Shown: piece after piece, positions 37,696-50,485 of the stretch
Layout of the letters: every line of letters begins with the position of its first letter
Numbering within the stretch: the stretch's first letter is position 1
NCBI GenBank assembly: GCA_028534125.1
Contig: CM052818.1
Coordinates: 31,684,001-31,748,000 of the forward strand
Direction: 5' to 3'
From: Lama glama
Lineage: Eukaryota
DNA: 64,000 nucleotides
The notes under the pieces: generated by a model
What the model was told of the DNA's origin: nothing
Seen by the model: the letters and a program-made list of their open reading frames with translations, nothing else
The model's database searches: none
Program-made: the position numbers and the translations under genes

Positions 37696-39874
37696 TGTGA
37701 ATCAGGTCCTACTGAAGATCCGAAGGTAGTGAAGCTAGAGCATTTGTTTTGCCAACTGATAAAATAAGAACCTTTATATCTGTAGCTGGATGGGAGGCTA
37801 TAATAGATAAATATTCGTGTATGACTGCAACAGGGTATTTGTCTCCTGATTAAAATTTGTTTCTTTGTTACATCATGAAGTTGGGAACTCTCCAAGTGAT
37901 ACATAGGTGCACAAAGAATGTTACAAATATGTAAAACTACCAATTAACCACCTGAAGCTGTCTTCTTAAAGTAAGAGCAAAAACACTGCCAAGGGTGAGA
38001 GAAATAAAAAGTCCTGTTAAACCAACAACTTAGTGGCTTCTTAGAAGCATAGTTTTAATTTTTGTCAAATTAACATATATGTATAATTTTAAAACATCAA
38101 CAAAGTTTATGTTGAAAAACTGTAGGTCCCTGTTTACCCCATTCACCTTAGAGTTCCGCTCACCATTGGTAAAGACTTCCAACTCTTTACTTTTATTGTT
38201 TTCTTTTGATCGCCTGTTTCTATTAACATACAATTTACTGCTCTTAGTGAGTTTTCAATTTTATATGTTATCTATGGACTTCCATTTCCTCAAATGACTG
38301 GTGATTTTTGGCCAATCATTTATATTGAGTGAGGTCCTAGAAAGCAAATTGGATTTACCTCCCAAGCAGGGGAAGTAGACAAATCTGAAATCCAGGTTAG
38401 GATTGAAAGGTGCTTGTTGACTTGCTTTTCATCTTCAAAGAACTTTGTTGATACTGTTTTCTTTGTCTTTGTGGGCCAGTGTCCTTTTTATTTCTTTACT
38501 GTCATTTTAGTGAAGTTTGAGTTGGAATCAGAAATAAATTGCTAGGATTCCATCTACCTGGAAAATCACATCCATAACTTGTCAATAGCCTTTGAAAGAC
38601 TACTAAGTAACACTTTTAAAACATTACCAATAGCAGTCAAATTTTAATCAGCATTTTCCTCTGGGAAATGGGAATTCAGGTAGAGTGAGGGTAGATGATT
38701 TTACTTCTCATGCCATACACTTTTAAATAAATACATAATATACATATATATATTTAAATCAAACCACTCATGATTAAAACAAGGAGATGCAGATTAGTCA
38801 TTTACAGTAGTTGTTGCTCAGAAATTACACTATACCAGGGGATAAGATTGTGGTTAGTATTGAAATTTCCATTATTTCAGTCCCATTTTGAATTGTTCAG
38901 AGTTCTGAGGAAGAATTTTTTTAGGTTATTTTATGCCAGCTTAAAATAGCTTTGGGGATGTTACATTTTTTTTTTTTACTTAATTTGAACAAAAATTGAT
39001 CAGGCCCTGAAATGAAAAACATTTTGTATGATGATGTCTTTTGGACTCTAACCACATATTAACTACAGAATGACTGAAAAGGTATTCCAAAAGTACTGAA
39101 GAGAGTACAGTTAAAGGTTTCAGTAAGGCATGAAAAGTAGTTTGCCTTTATCTGCTGCAATTGTCTTGAATCTAAGAATGAAAGGCATAAAGGCAGTAAT
39201 ATCAGCTGTAGTAACTCACTAAAACAACCCAGAGCAGAGGACAGTCAAAGCTAGATTTGGACCTCTGTAGTTTCATCTTGGTTTTAGCCATCACACTAAA
39301 CGCAGGGAACAAGTGTCTTGGAATGAAGCTGAGAGGTCAAAGGATGTCATTCTGCTTGGGATGTTTGGGGAAAACGTTATTAAGAAAAGGACATCTAATC
39401 TGTGTAATAGTTTACTGCTCACATGGGCAGAGTATGCTCTCAAGCATCTGTGAATTTTAGAAGGAATATATGTTTGTAGAAGGTAAAGGACTTGCTGAGT
39501 ACTTTTCCTGTTTTTCATTAAATGTAAAGGTATTCTTGATTTCCATGTAAGAAATGACTCTCTCCTTGGAAACTTAGACTCATTGGACTGTAAAGTTACA
39601 GTGATCAAGTGGATATGGTATTGGAATAAGGATAGACTTGTAGATCATTGGTATAGAATTGAGAGTCTTGGAACAGATCATCTTTATATGGTCAACTGGT
39701 TTTCAGTAAAGGTGTCAAAGTACTTCAGTGGTGAAAGGAGAACCTTTTCAGTATGTGGTGTGGGAACAATTGGTTTTTCTTGCTGGCACTCTTCCTTTTT
39801 CTCATTGTATATAATAAAGCTATTCTTAATTTCCATAAAAGAAATGACTCTCTACTTAGAAACTTAAAATTACT

Positions 39875-42800
39875 GGACCACAATGGAATTTAATTAGAAA
39901 TCAAAACAGAAGAAATTTGAAAAACTCCAAAATATATGAAAATTTAAACAACATACTTTTAAATAATATGTGGATCAAAGAAGAAATCACATGGAAAATT
40001 AGGGAGTATTTTGAACTAAATGAAAAATGAAAATATAATATATAAATATTTATAAAATGCACCTGAAAAAATGGTTAGAGGGAAATTGATAGCTTTAAAT
40101 GTTTCCATTAGAAAAGCACAAAGGATTAAAATCAATGATCTAATCTTCCACCTTAAGAAATAAAGGGCAAATTAAACCTAAAGGAGGTAGAAGGAAGAAA
40201 AGAATAAAGATCAGAGAGGAAATCAATGAAATATGAAACAGACAAGTATTAGTGAAAATGAATGAAATCAGAAGTTCATGCTGTGAGAAGATTAGTAAAG
40301 TTGATAAAACTTTTGTTAGACTGATGGCAGAGAGAGAGAGAGATTGAGAGATTGAAACAGAGAGAGCAAGAGAGATTATCAGTATCAGAAATGAAACAGT
40401 AACATCACTATAGATTTACAAACATTGAAGGATAATGAAGTAATAGTATGAAAAATTTTATGCCAACAAACTTGACAACTTAGGTAAAATGGATAAATTT
40501 CTTGGAAGACATAAATTACCAAAGCTCACTTGTAAAGAAAGAAACCAAATTGCCTCAAATCTATTGAGTACATTGATTCATAATTAGAAAAACATAAACC
40601 TTTCAAGCCCAGGTAGCTTTATTGGTGAATTTCATCAAGCATTTAATGAATAAATAATAGCAATCCTATGCAAACTCTTGCAGAAAATTGAGGAAGAAGG
40701 ACCACTGTGCAACTCATGTTATGAGGCCAGTATTACCCTGATACCAAACCCAGATAAGCTGTAACAAGAATAGAAAACCACAGGCTGTTATCCATCATGA
40801 GCACAGATTTTAAAATCTTCACAAAGTATAAACAGACTGAATCCAGCAATACGTAAAAATGACAGACAGTATACCATGAGCAAGTGGAGTTTATCTATGA
40901 ATTCAAAGTGATTTAACATCAAATCAATCAAAGTATACACTATGTTAATAAGATAAAAGGTAAAAACCATTTAAACATCTAAATAAATGCAGAAAATGCC
41001 TTTAAGAAAATTTGACAAACATTTATGATAAAAAATATCAACAAGCTAGCGATAGAAAAGATGGAACATCCTTCATTTGAGAAAGGGCATTTATGAAAAC
41101 CGACAGCTAATATCACACTTAACAGTGAATGTGTTCCATCAAAGATCAGGAATAAAGGAAGAATCTGCTTTCATGACTTCTATTCAACATTGTAATGGAG
41201 GTCTTAGCCAGTGCAATAGGCAAGAAAAAGAAACAGAAGGCCTAGAGATTTTAAAGGAAGAAATAAAACTTTATTTGAAAATAATATTAGCATGTATGTA
41301 GAATGTTCTAAGGGATTTCCAAAAAAAGGTACTAGAACAAACTGATTTTAGTAAGATTGCATGATATGAGGTCAATAAACCCAAATTAGCTTTATTTTGG
41401 TATGCTAGCAAATAACAAACCAGAAATAAAATTTTAGAAATTTCATACACCATAGCACAAAATACTCAGAAATAAGTTTTAAAAAGGCTTTTGCAAGAGC
41501 TCTACACTGAAAAAATGCAACACTGTTGAGAGAAATTAGAGAATAAATAGAGAGCTATGCCAGGTTCATTGATTGGAATACACAATATTGTAAAGATGAC
41601 TACTCTCCCAAGATTGATCTGTAAATTCATGTATTCTCATTCAGTATTCCAGTAAGCTTTTTTTTAAAAAAAGAAATTGACAAGCTGGTTCTAAAATTTA
41701 TATGGAAATACAGAGGACCCAGAAAAGTCAATATAATTAAAAATATATTGAAGGGTTTACATTTCCTGATTTCAGTAATTACTCTAAAGTTTCCGTGATC
41801 AAGCCAGTATGATATTGGCATAAGTATAGACTTGTAGATTATTGGCACATAATTGAGAGTCCGGAAACAGATCACTCTTATGTGGTCAATTGATTTTAAG
41901 TAAAGGTTTTAAGATAATTTAGTAGTGAAAGAATAATTTTTGCAATATGTGGTACTGGAACAAATGGTTATTTATATGAAAAAATGAACTTTGACTCTTA
42001 CTTCATGTTATACACAGAAATTAATTAAAAATGGATTAAGAAGTGTTAAAATCATAACAAATTTGTAAGCAACCATAAAAAGATCTTTTAACAGTTGGTT
42101 TAGGCAAAGGGTTCTTTGATAGGACGAAAAAACCTTAAACCATAAAAGAGAAAAATTATAAATTGGATTTTATCAAAGTTAAAAACTTTTGCTCATACAA
42201 AGACTGTTAAGAAAAGGAATGAAAAGTCATGGATGGGAAAAAGTATTTGCAAAATATGTATCTGATAAAGCACTTAATCAAAAATGCAAGGAACTCTTCT
42301 ACAACTCAGTAAGAGAAGACAGTTTTAAAAATGGGCAAAAGATTTAAACAGACGTTTTACAAAAGAAAATATAGAAATGGCCAGCAAGGACATGAAAAGA
42401 TGCTGAGCATCATTAGTTATTAGGGAAATGCAAATAAAACCTCTATGAGATAACTACTCATATTGCCGCAAGTGGCGAAAAAGATTGACAGTAATAAAGT
42501 GTTGAAAATAATATGGAACAACTAAAATTCTCGTATTTCTAGTGGAAATGAAAAATGATACAGCCTTCTTCAAAACAAGTTAGGCAACTGTGTGTGTGTT
42601 TTTTTTTTAAATAAAGTTAAACATGCATTTATCCTATGACCCAGCAATTCTGCCTACTAGCTACCCAAGGGGGAAAAAAACCCTGACCACACATGGAGGC
42701 ATTGTTCATAATACCCTAAAATTAGAAACAACCCAGTGTCAACCAACTAGTGGATGGGTAAACAAAATTTAGAATGTCTGTACAATGCAATATCGCTCAG

Positions 42801-43080
42801 CAATAAAAAGGGAAGAACTACTCATACATACAACAACATGGATGAATCTTCAAACCATCCAAACCATCATGATAAATTAAACATGTCAGCCACAAAAGAC
42901 TTTGTACCTTGTAATTCCATTTAGATGTTAGTGATTCTGGAAAAGGCGAAACTGTCGTTGCAGAAAGTAGGTAAGTGTACAACACCAGTTCCAGGGAATG
43001 GCTGCAAATATGTATAAGAGAACTTTTTAAACTACACACCCTAAATGGATGAATTAAAAGTAATTTATACTTCAATAAAA
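39875..43080 (+). mobile_element. old 5'-truncated L1 (ORF2 from the end of the endonuclease domain through the 3' UTR), heavily decayed
   Basis: GACCACAATGGAATT..AGAAATC, TATGAGGCCAGTATTACCCTGATACCAAACCC, CATGAAAAGATGCTGAGCATCATTAGTTATTAGGGAAATGCAAAT, CCTATGACCCAGCAATTC, terminal CTTCAATAAAA. Confidence 0.92.
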
Positions 43081-44294
43081 TATGGGACCCTTATAAAGTG
43101 TTGTAGTCTAATTGTTTTCCTTCCTTCATGGTGGCAGTATGTGGTGGCATGAATTTTTGTGGCTAATTTACAGGACTTTCAGTAGTTCTGCATGTGAACT
43201 CTTAGATGTAGTTGAGCAAACCTTTTCTGGAAGTATTGGGGTAAAGTGGGGGTAAAAACTTAAATCCAGATCAGATTTGATTATTTTAAAAAACATTTTA
43301 AAAGACAATCCTATTTTGGATCACAAAAAAAGTATCTAAAATTTTTGGCTAGAGTTCTTTCCAGAAAAAATTTGCATGCTTGTTTATTTATATTTTTATA
43401 GATTCTTTAGTGCCCTCTTCCCCCCATGCCCTTGTTTAATGTGTTGGTGAAGAGAATGATTTCCACAAATTATTTCTGGAGTATAAATGATGAAAATGTA
43501 AATATTCCTTATTGAATGACAGTATTTTGCCTACTCTGTGGTTGCTATTTTTAGACAATCTTCCAAAGGTTTAGGGCTCAGCAATAAGAAGAAATAGTAA
43601 ACTTTTTCTCTATCCTGGGCAAAGAAAAGTTGGAACAAAATAAAAGTTGTGTTAATGCTTATGAGAAATAATACATTTTTGTCTTGATTTCTTTAAGTCT
43701 TTTTTTCTTCCTCTTACTATCTTACTCTTTTACACACGCATACACACACACGTGCCCCCCCCCCTTTATACACTTGTGACATTTGGAGCTAGAAATTAAG
43801 AGGGCAAAATAGAAGTAAAAAAAATTCAAAGGCATAACTTTAAATGAAGTATTTCCACTTGCATGATTTTATTTTAAGGAAAAATTAAGTACATGAACAG
43901 TTTAAGTTACAAGGTTTTCATCTCATTTTGTAAGTCATAGTGAAAAACCAACCTAATGTTTTTTAATGTTAACCAATATAAATATCACATGGGGATCTTA
44001 GTAAATAAAGTACTGTAATTTTATAAAACGGAGTATCATGCAGCCATTAAAAACCATACTGTAGAAGAAAATTTAGACTACTACACAAATAAATGTTTTT
44101 TTGCGGAGCACAAGGTCAGGTTTGCTTCCATGACTGTGATGGGTCCTGGCCTACTGTGGGACCAATAACTCTCTAAGAAAGAGAAGACAAAACATACCAC
44201 TGTGATGCAGCAAGAATTTCCTTACATTGTTTTAGAATGGATCCACAAGTGCTAGCAACCCTCAATGTCAGGGATCCTCTACCACTTGCTTCTT

Positions 44295-44445
44295 GAAGTA
44301 TAATCCGTGGACTAACAGCATCCTTTCACCTCAGACTTATTAGGCATGCAGAATCTCAGTCCCCACCTCAGACCTACTGAATCAGAATCTACATTTTAAC
44401 AAAAGTCCCAGGTGGTTCCTTTGCACAGTAAAGTTCAAGAAGCTT
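44295..44445. mobile_element. MER5A hAT MITE
   Basis: ATGCAGAATCTCAGTCCCCACCTCAGACCTACTGAATCAGAATCTACATTTTAACAAAAGTCCCAGGTG. Confidence 0.85.
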
Positions 44446-45358
44446 TGCTTTAACTTGACTCTGTGAGGGCTGCACAGGCCATCAACTTTGGGTGCCCGTG
44501 GAGAGTTGCACTAACTTACCAGTGCCTTTGATCTTGTGAATAACTTTTTACTGCCTGGTTTGCTGGTTTGGACATCAGTCTCAGTTCAAGCCACTGATCT
44601 CTTCTACCTTTAAACTTGAGATCAGCCTTTGTGATCTGGACTAGCTCATATGTGATTCTAGATCCTAAAATGATTCTAGTTCCCAAAATGTGTTCACTGT
44701 TTTATTTATTTTCTCAATAACCATTTATTAAGCCCAGCTTTGTTATAGGTACTGTGATTACAACAGGAAACCAAACAAAATCTATGCTCTTATGGGGCTT
44801 TTGTTGTAGTTAGAATTTGTATGAACAGATTGAAAAATAAGAGATAAGAGGGATTTGTGGCCATGTATATTTACTAACTATGGTTTCTCACATGTTTAGT
44901 ATATTAATGCGCATTGTAAATTATGGAGTGGAGGGGGTAGGGTGGGCAGAGGTTGAAGATATTCTGTGCAGCATTTAAGAAACTGATTTGACTGGAGCCT
45001 TTTTATTAGGGGGATCCTGGCAGGATTCATATTTTGCAGAAAATGCTTTGACAAATGTAATTACAAAATCTTAAGAATGGGAAGATTTCTCATTGTTACT
45101 ATTATTCAGGGGATCAGTAGTGTAGAAATCTATTTTTCATAAAATTCAGAGATATTTATTTCTTCTCTCCTTTATTTTCAAGTAATGATACTCATTTAAC
45201 AACTAACTCCATTGATGCTTAAAACACTGACATTACTCCATAATGATGTTAAGGGCAAATGAAGTGAGAGAGGCTGGTATCCTCACTCACATGTAATAGA
45301 TGAGAAATGGTGAAAGAAGGAGAAAAAAAGTATTGGAATAATTATAACTATGATAGAG

Positions 45359-45702
45359 TGTGGCAGCCTGAATTCTAAAATGGCCCCCATAACTTTCACC
45401 GCTCATATTACTCCTGTGATTACGTATCTTACATTGCAAAAGGAATTTTGCAGATGTAACTAACATTACTAGTCAGTTTACCTTAAGATAAAGAGATTAT
45501 CTAGGTGGGCCTCACCTAATCACATGAGCCCTTTTAAAAGCAGAATTTTCTCTGGCTGATACATTGATTTAAGCGTATGATATCCTGAGCAGCGAGCCCA
45601 GCCATGCTCATGGCCTGGAATTCTGACCTTCAGAACTATGGGTCTTGTTTTAAGCTGGTAAGTTTGTGGCAGTTTGTTCCACGGCAGTAGAAAACCAAAA
45701 CA
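45359..45702 (+). mobile_element. MaLR solo LTR (MLT1E/D-like), internally deleted
   Basis: TGTGGCAGCCTGAATTCTAAAATGGCCCCCA...GATTATCTAGGTGGGCCTCACCTAATCACATGAGCCCTTT...AAGTTTGTGGCAGTTTGTT..GCAGTAGAAAACCAAAACA. Confidence 0.85.
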
Positions 45703-46372
45703 CAGAGCTAGAAAGTGACTGTGCCTCTTATTTGACAAATGAAGGAACTGAAGCCTGTGGAAATGAAGTGGTTCACCTGATGTGAGTGTCTTAGGGGGTC
45801 TTTGAGGTCACTTCCAGAGGTCACTTACAACTTTAAGGTGCAATAGTCTTAACATTCAGCTCTCCCTTTTCTGGGTTATCTAGCAGAGTGTTTCTGTTAC
45901 TTATATGGTGTGCGTTAGACTCAGCCCTTCCCTGCAAAGAGCTCACAATTCTGATGAGGGCAACAGTCAGGTGCACAAAGCTGGTGTATGTGGAATGCCA
46001 CACAGAGCTATGCACAGGAAGGAGAAGGTGGCCTCTGCATCCTTTTGGTAGAAAAATATATGCTTTCTGTTAGGATTTTAGTGATATGTTATATAATGAA
46101 TCCCTATTATTGCCTACAAGGACTTGTAGGATGAGTTCATAGATGTCAGGCTGGGAACCATTCCTCCTTTTATTGATGAGGAAACTTGCAACACCAGGAG
46201 AGGGGTTATGACTAGCCCGAAGTCACACTGTGAAATAGTTCAGAACCTATTTATGAAATCAGAGTCACTGAATCCATGACAGCATTTGTTTTGCTGTACT
46301 TTCCCCCACCCCACAAAAAGAAGACAGTTTCTTCCCCTTATCTGCAAAACTCTACAAAGGACAGCAGAGAAC

Positions 46373-46753
46373 TGTTAAAAGAAAAATATCTACAGAAAAT
46401 TTACTGGTCTGGTAGGTTTTTCTTCAGTAATTTGTGAATTGGGCAGCATCCAATCTAGCAGACAGAAAGGAGCTCTGAGGAGCTGTGCAAGGTGAGAAAT
46501 TTTCATAAATCAAAGTGAGCAGAAACAAAGAAGTTACACTGACATTTGCTGAGTGGTTAAAGCTGGGTTACTTTTCTTATATGGAGTAGAGAGAATTTTG
46601 GAACCTCGTCAGGTAACTTATGTTAAGCAGGCAAGTGCTGATTGGTTGACCAGGCCTGCCTTTTCTGGGAGAGCTGAACATAGAAACTTGGTTTGCTGAC
46701 TTGAGGTTTAGCATGAGTGTTTCCATTTTGGGCCTAATCAGGCTACTTTAACA
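46373..46753 (-). mobile_element. ERV1-type solo LTR
   Basis: inverted termini TGTTAAA...TTTAACA; 4-bp flanks GAAC / GGAC; CTGATTGGTT CCAAT box. Confidence 0.75.
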
Positions 46754-48892
46754 GGACAAAATCCTTTAGTCCAGAATCATTCTATTTTGAAGACAAGAAA
46801 CTCATTCAAACAAACTCAAGTTCTGAGGGAGCTCCTGATAATAGAACTTGGCTTCTCACTGAGTGAGAGGAACCTAGTGTGTCAGTCTACTCTGTTCTCT
46901 GCTCCTAGGGCTGCATGGCCACTTCTCTCTCCTTCTGAGCATCTATTTCTACATCTGTTTGCCTAGAGTCCATCCCAGCCTTCACAGAGTGGAGCATCTG
47001 AACCTAAACACCTCCCAGATTGACTCCTCATGGTTGACTGGCTCAGTCTCTAATTGTCCTTATTTGGTATTGCTGATCATTTGAGGGGATCAGGTATCCA
47101 CTCCTGTCCTATGGGTGGAGCAGTCTTTAAAAAGTCTATTATGGGGATTGCTATTACAAGTGCCAAGCAACTGTGGCTATTTCCTGGTGTTGTGCAGCTC
47201 TTTTAAGAAACTACCTCTGCCCTGGCAAGAATATCCCCTTCTCCTCCCTCCTTTTCTCTAGGAATCTGTTACCCAGAGATCATTTATATCATTTCCTTTG
47301 TCACTTAATCTTTCATTCAGCTTCTTTACCCTTCTGCTTTTTCTCATTGATGCTTTTGTCTCTCCTTCTTGGATTAGACTGTCTGGGGGTGCTTTTAGGG
47401 ACAGGCAGTTTATGATCCCCCAGGGTCCTTGGGCCCTTCTCTTTCTTCATCAGTTCAAAGAGCAACCTCAGTGTGTCCTGGCTTTTAGGGCAGGGATCAA
47501 ACAGCCATGGCTGGAATGATGGTGACCAGATGGGATAATGCTGGTAATATTTGTTCCAAAGGCCCAGCTGCTTGGCTGATGTAAATGCCAGGTGATGTCC
47601 ATGAACATGACAACTACCTGGGCTCTGGGGCCACATTCAGCCCTCCATCTCTTCCTGTGATTCACCCTCACTGGGGGCTGTTGAATCACTATAATCAGGA
47701 AAAGGTACTAATACTTGACACTGAAATTTAGTAGCTCTCCTAGCCAAGGGACTTTGTTAACTGGAGGAAGAATCAATAACAGGCTCTTTACAACCCAGGG
47801 CTTCCTACTTAGTGCTCTCTAGGCCATACCATCCAAGAACAGGAACTGTGCCATCTTGGAATGGGCATTTAAGAGAGAAAAATGTCTTTTTGTTGTGTGA
47901 TACATCTCAGATATTTCTTCGTCTTCTCTACAACCCAAACCTATATCCCGTATGTAAAGGTGATTACAATTTGGCCTTTGGAAATGGGAGAACAATTGAT
48001 TATACATGTTTGGGAAATTCTGATCTTGGCAAACTAGTACCTATGATGTTGTTAGACTCCTCACTCTGTGGAAGTATGTGTTTAGTAGCATTGTCATTCT
48101 ATGTTTGCTTACTTAATTGCATCCCTATGCAACCCCGTTTATTGTGTTAAAAGTGCTCTTTTGCTTTCTTTGAGTCTGTTTCACATTCATTTTTAACTTT
48201 TCTCAATTCCAATCAACTCCTCAAAACATTTCCTGCTAAGATTTCTGATTGGTTACTGTAGTAAATGTCTGAGTTTGGCTTTAGAAGATAGGATTCTAAG
48301 ACTTTCTTGGCTGGTAATTCAGAGTGTACTTGGGTAAGTCACCCTGAGAAGGATAAAGATAACTAGCTCTGGCTCTCTTGGCATCAAAAGAGAAAACTTA
48401 CTGGATGTCACTTTACTTTTCTGAGCCAGTGCCCTTGTTTCCAGGAATTGTCATACAAACAAGGGCTTTGGAGCAGGCAGATGTAGTTTTAAATCCCAAC
48501 AAAAGCATTGATTAGCCATATGGTCTTGGGCCAGTTTGTGATTCTCATTTTCCTTTTTATCTGAGAAGTAGGGAGTATTAACCCATTGTATTATGTTGGG
48601 GTTCAATGAAGTGATTTAGTTAAAGCATGATACACATTATATTGCAACCACTCCCCAACTCTTCAGCACCTCCTGTACCCTTTACTTACCTCTGTGTTTT
48701 TCATAGCATTCATCAATTTTTAGATTCTGCATCATTTACTTGTTTAGTGTGTCTCCTCTCACTAGCTCCACAAGGATAGAGTTTTTTGTTTCTTTTGTTC
48801 CCTGCTGTATCCCCAATGCCTAAAACATATGCATTCTGTAAATACTTGTAGAATGAATGTTAAATGATGTGATTCTTGTAGAAAAGAAAAAG

Positions 48893-49134
48893 AAGTCATC
48901 AGACTTTTTATGCAAAGAGCCAGATAGTAAATATTTTAAGGTCTGCAGGCAGTACAGTCTCTGTCCTAAAGACTCAACTTGGTTGTGTAGCATGAAAGCA
49001 GCCCCGTAGACAATACATAAACAAATGAGTATGGCTGTTCCTATAAAATTTCATGTCCAAAAAAAAGAAAAAACCCCAACAAAAACAGGGCTTGAACTTG
49101 ATTTGATCTGTAGGGTATAGTTTGCCTGTCTCTG
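48893..49134. mobile_element. MER58A hAT MITE
   Basis: AAAGAGCCAGATAGTAAATATTTTAAGG...AAAGCAGCC..TAGACAATACATAAACAAATGAGTATGGCTGTTCC. Confidence 0.88.
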
Positions 49135-49234
49135 TTGTAGACACATTGAGTAGTTCTGAATTCTGATGTCATTCCTTTTAAGTCATTAATTGAGGAACAG
49201 CCCCATTTGACCTCCTATGGTAGGAAAGAGGAAA

Positions 49235-49650
49235 GCCCATTTTAGATATTTTCTCTTTGCCCTCCAAATGCACTCTTCTTGCTTGCTTCTCCCCTGTCCT
49301 AGCAGGTTAACTCTAGATGGCTTTATTCACTCCCTTTGCCCTCTTACTTCTGGTTAATTTCAGAGGCATTGACAAGAATTCAGAGCACGGGAGGGGAGGG
49401 GAGGGAGATTAGGGTGCTTATTCCTTAGCTCCCTTCCTGTTTCAGTGGACTGGGACTGAGTTCCTTTCCTGTAGCTTCAGCTCTTTCCAGCTTCCACTCC
49501 CACTGTTTCTAGACCCAGGACTTTATCATTTTGGAATGTGTTCTCTTAGCTCTTTTCTCATTTTTGTAAACAGTGCCTTCAATAAACTTGCCTTTCTTAC
49601 CCACAGTAGAAGGGGCCATCTGTTTTCTGCCAGGTCTCTGACTCATGTAC
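49235..49650 (+). mobile_element. ERVL solo LTR (LTR33-like)
   Basis: CTCCCTTTGCCCTCTTACTTCTGGTT...TTTGTAAACAGTGCCTTCAATAAAC...GCCATCTGTTTTCTGCCAGGTCTCTGACT. Confidence 0.7.
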
Positions 49651-50281
49651 TGTCCAAAGGGAGAAACATACAATGGGAGCCAACTGCAGCCTCCCTCATT
49701 CCCCATCCATAACTGGTAGGGATCCCAACTCTCCTGCAGTAGCTTCAGAACTTTTTGTTTTGGATTGGACTTTGTGTTTTCTCTTCGTTTCCTGCCAGCA
49801 AGGGCAAATAAAAGAGGAATGACTTTGCCTGAGGTGGTAGGTTCACAAAGAAGTGAGAGATTCTACTTATTTTTCAAGTTCATCAAAAACTAGAAGAGTG
49901 CCTGAATTTTTCAATTCTAGACCTAGACTTTTCACTCAGTAGCCCTATCTCTTTGGACAAGCTATTTAACTTCTTTGAGCCTCAGATTACTCATCTTTAA
50001 AATGGGTGTAATAATCTCTGCTGTGCAGATCTTATATTTAGGATGATTACAATTTACTTAAGGGGAAAAACCCAACAAAACGAATTCATAGAATGTGATA
50101 CACTACTTAAAAATGTTAAGCATGAAAATCAACAGGTATTTTTTTCCCTTCCTCTATTTTCCAAATTTCATAAATAAGTTTTTATTATTTTTATTATGAA
50201 AAGAAAAAGAAAACAAGCATAGTCTCTGTCAGCTCTATATGAAGTGGCTCAAAATGTTGTATTTAAATGCACTTTGAAAAC

Positions 50282-50416
50282 TGTAAAGTGGCATGAGGGT
50301 TAGAATTACATGATTAATTTAACCCGTGGGTTTTAAATACTATGATTCAGTGTAAAGTGGCATGAGGGTTAGAATTACATGATTAATTTACCCCGTGGGT
50401 TTTAAATACTGTGATT
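50282..50416 (+). repeat. 69-bp tandem duplication (2 copies)
   Basis: TGTAAAGTGGCATGAGGGTTAGAATTACATGATTAATTTA... starts at 50282 and 50351; 2 mismatches in 66 aligned bp. Confidence 0.97.
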
Positions 50417-50485
50417 GCTTGTTCAGAGGGGCCTCTTTTTGCCAGGCCCTTTACTCTTGGATCCTCAAAGCTCAAGGAGACATTA

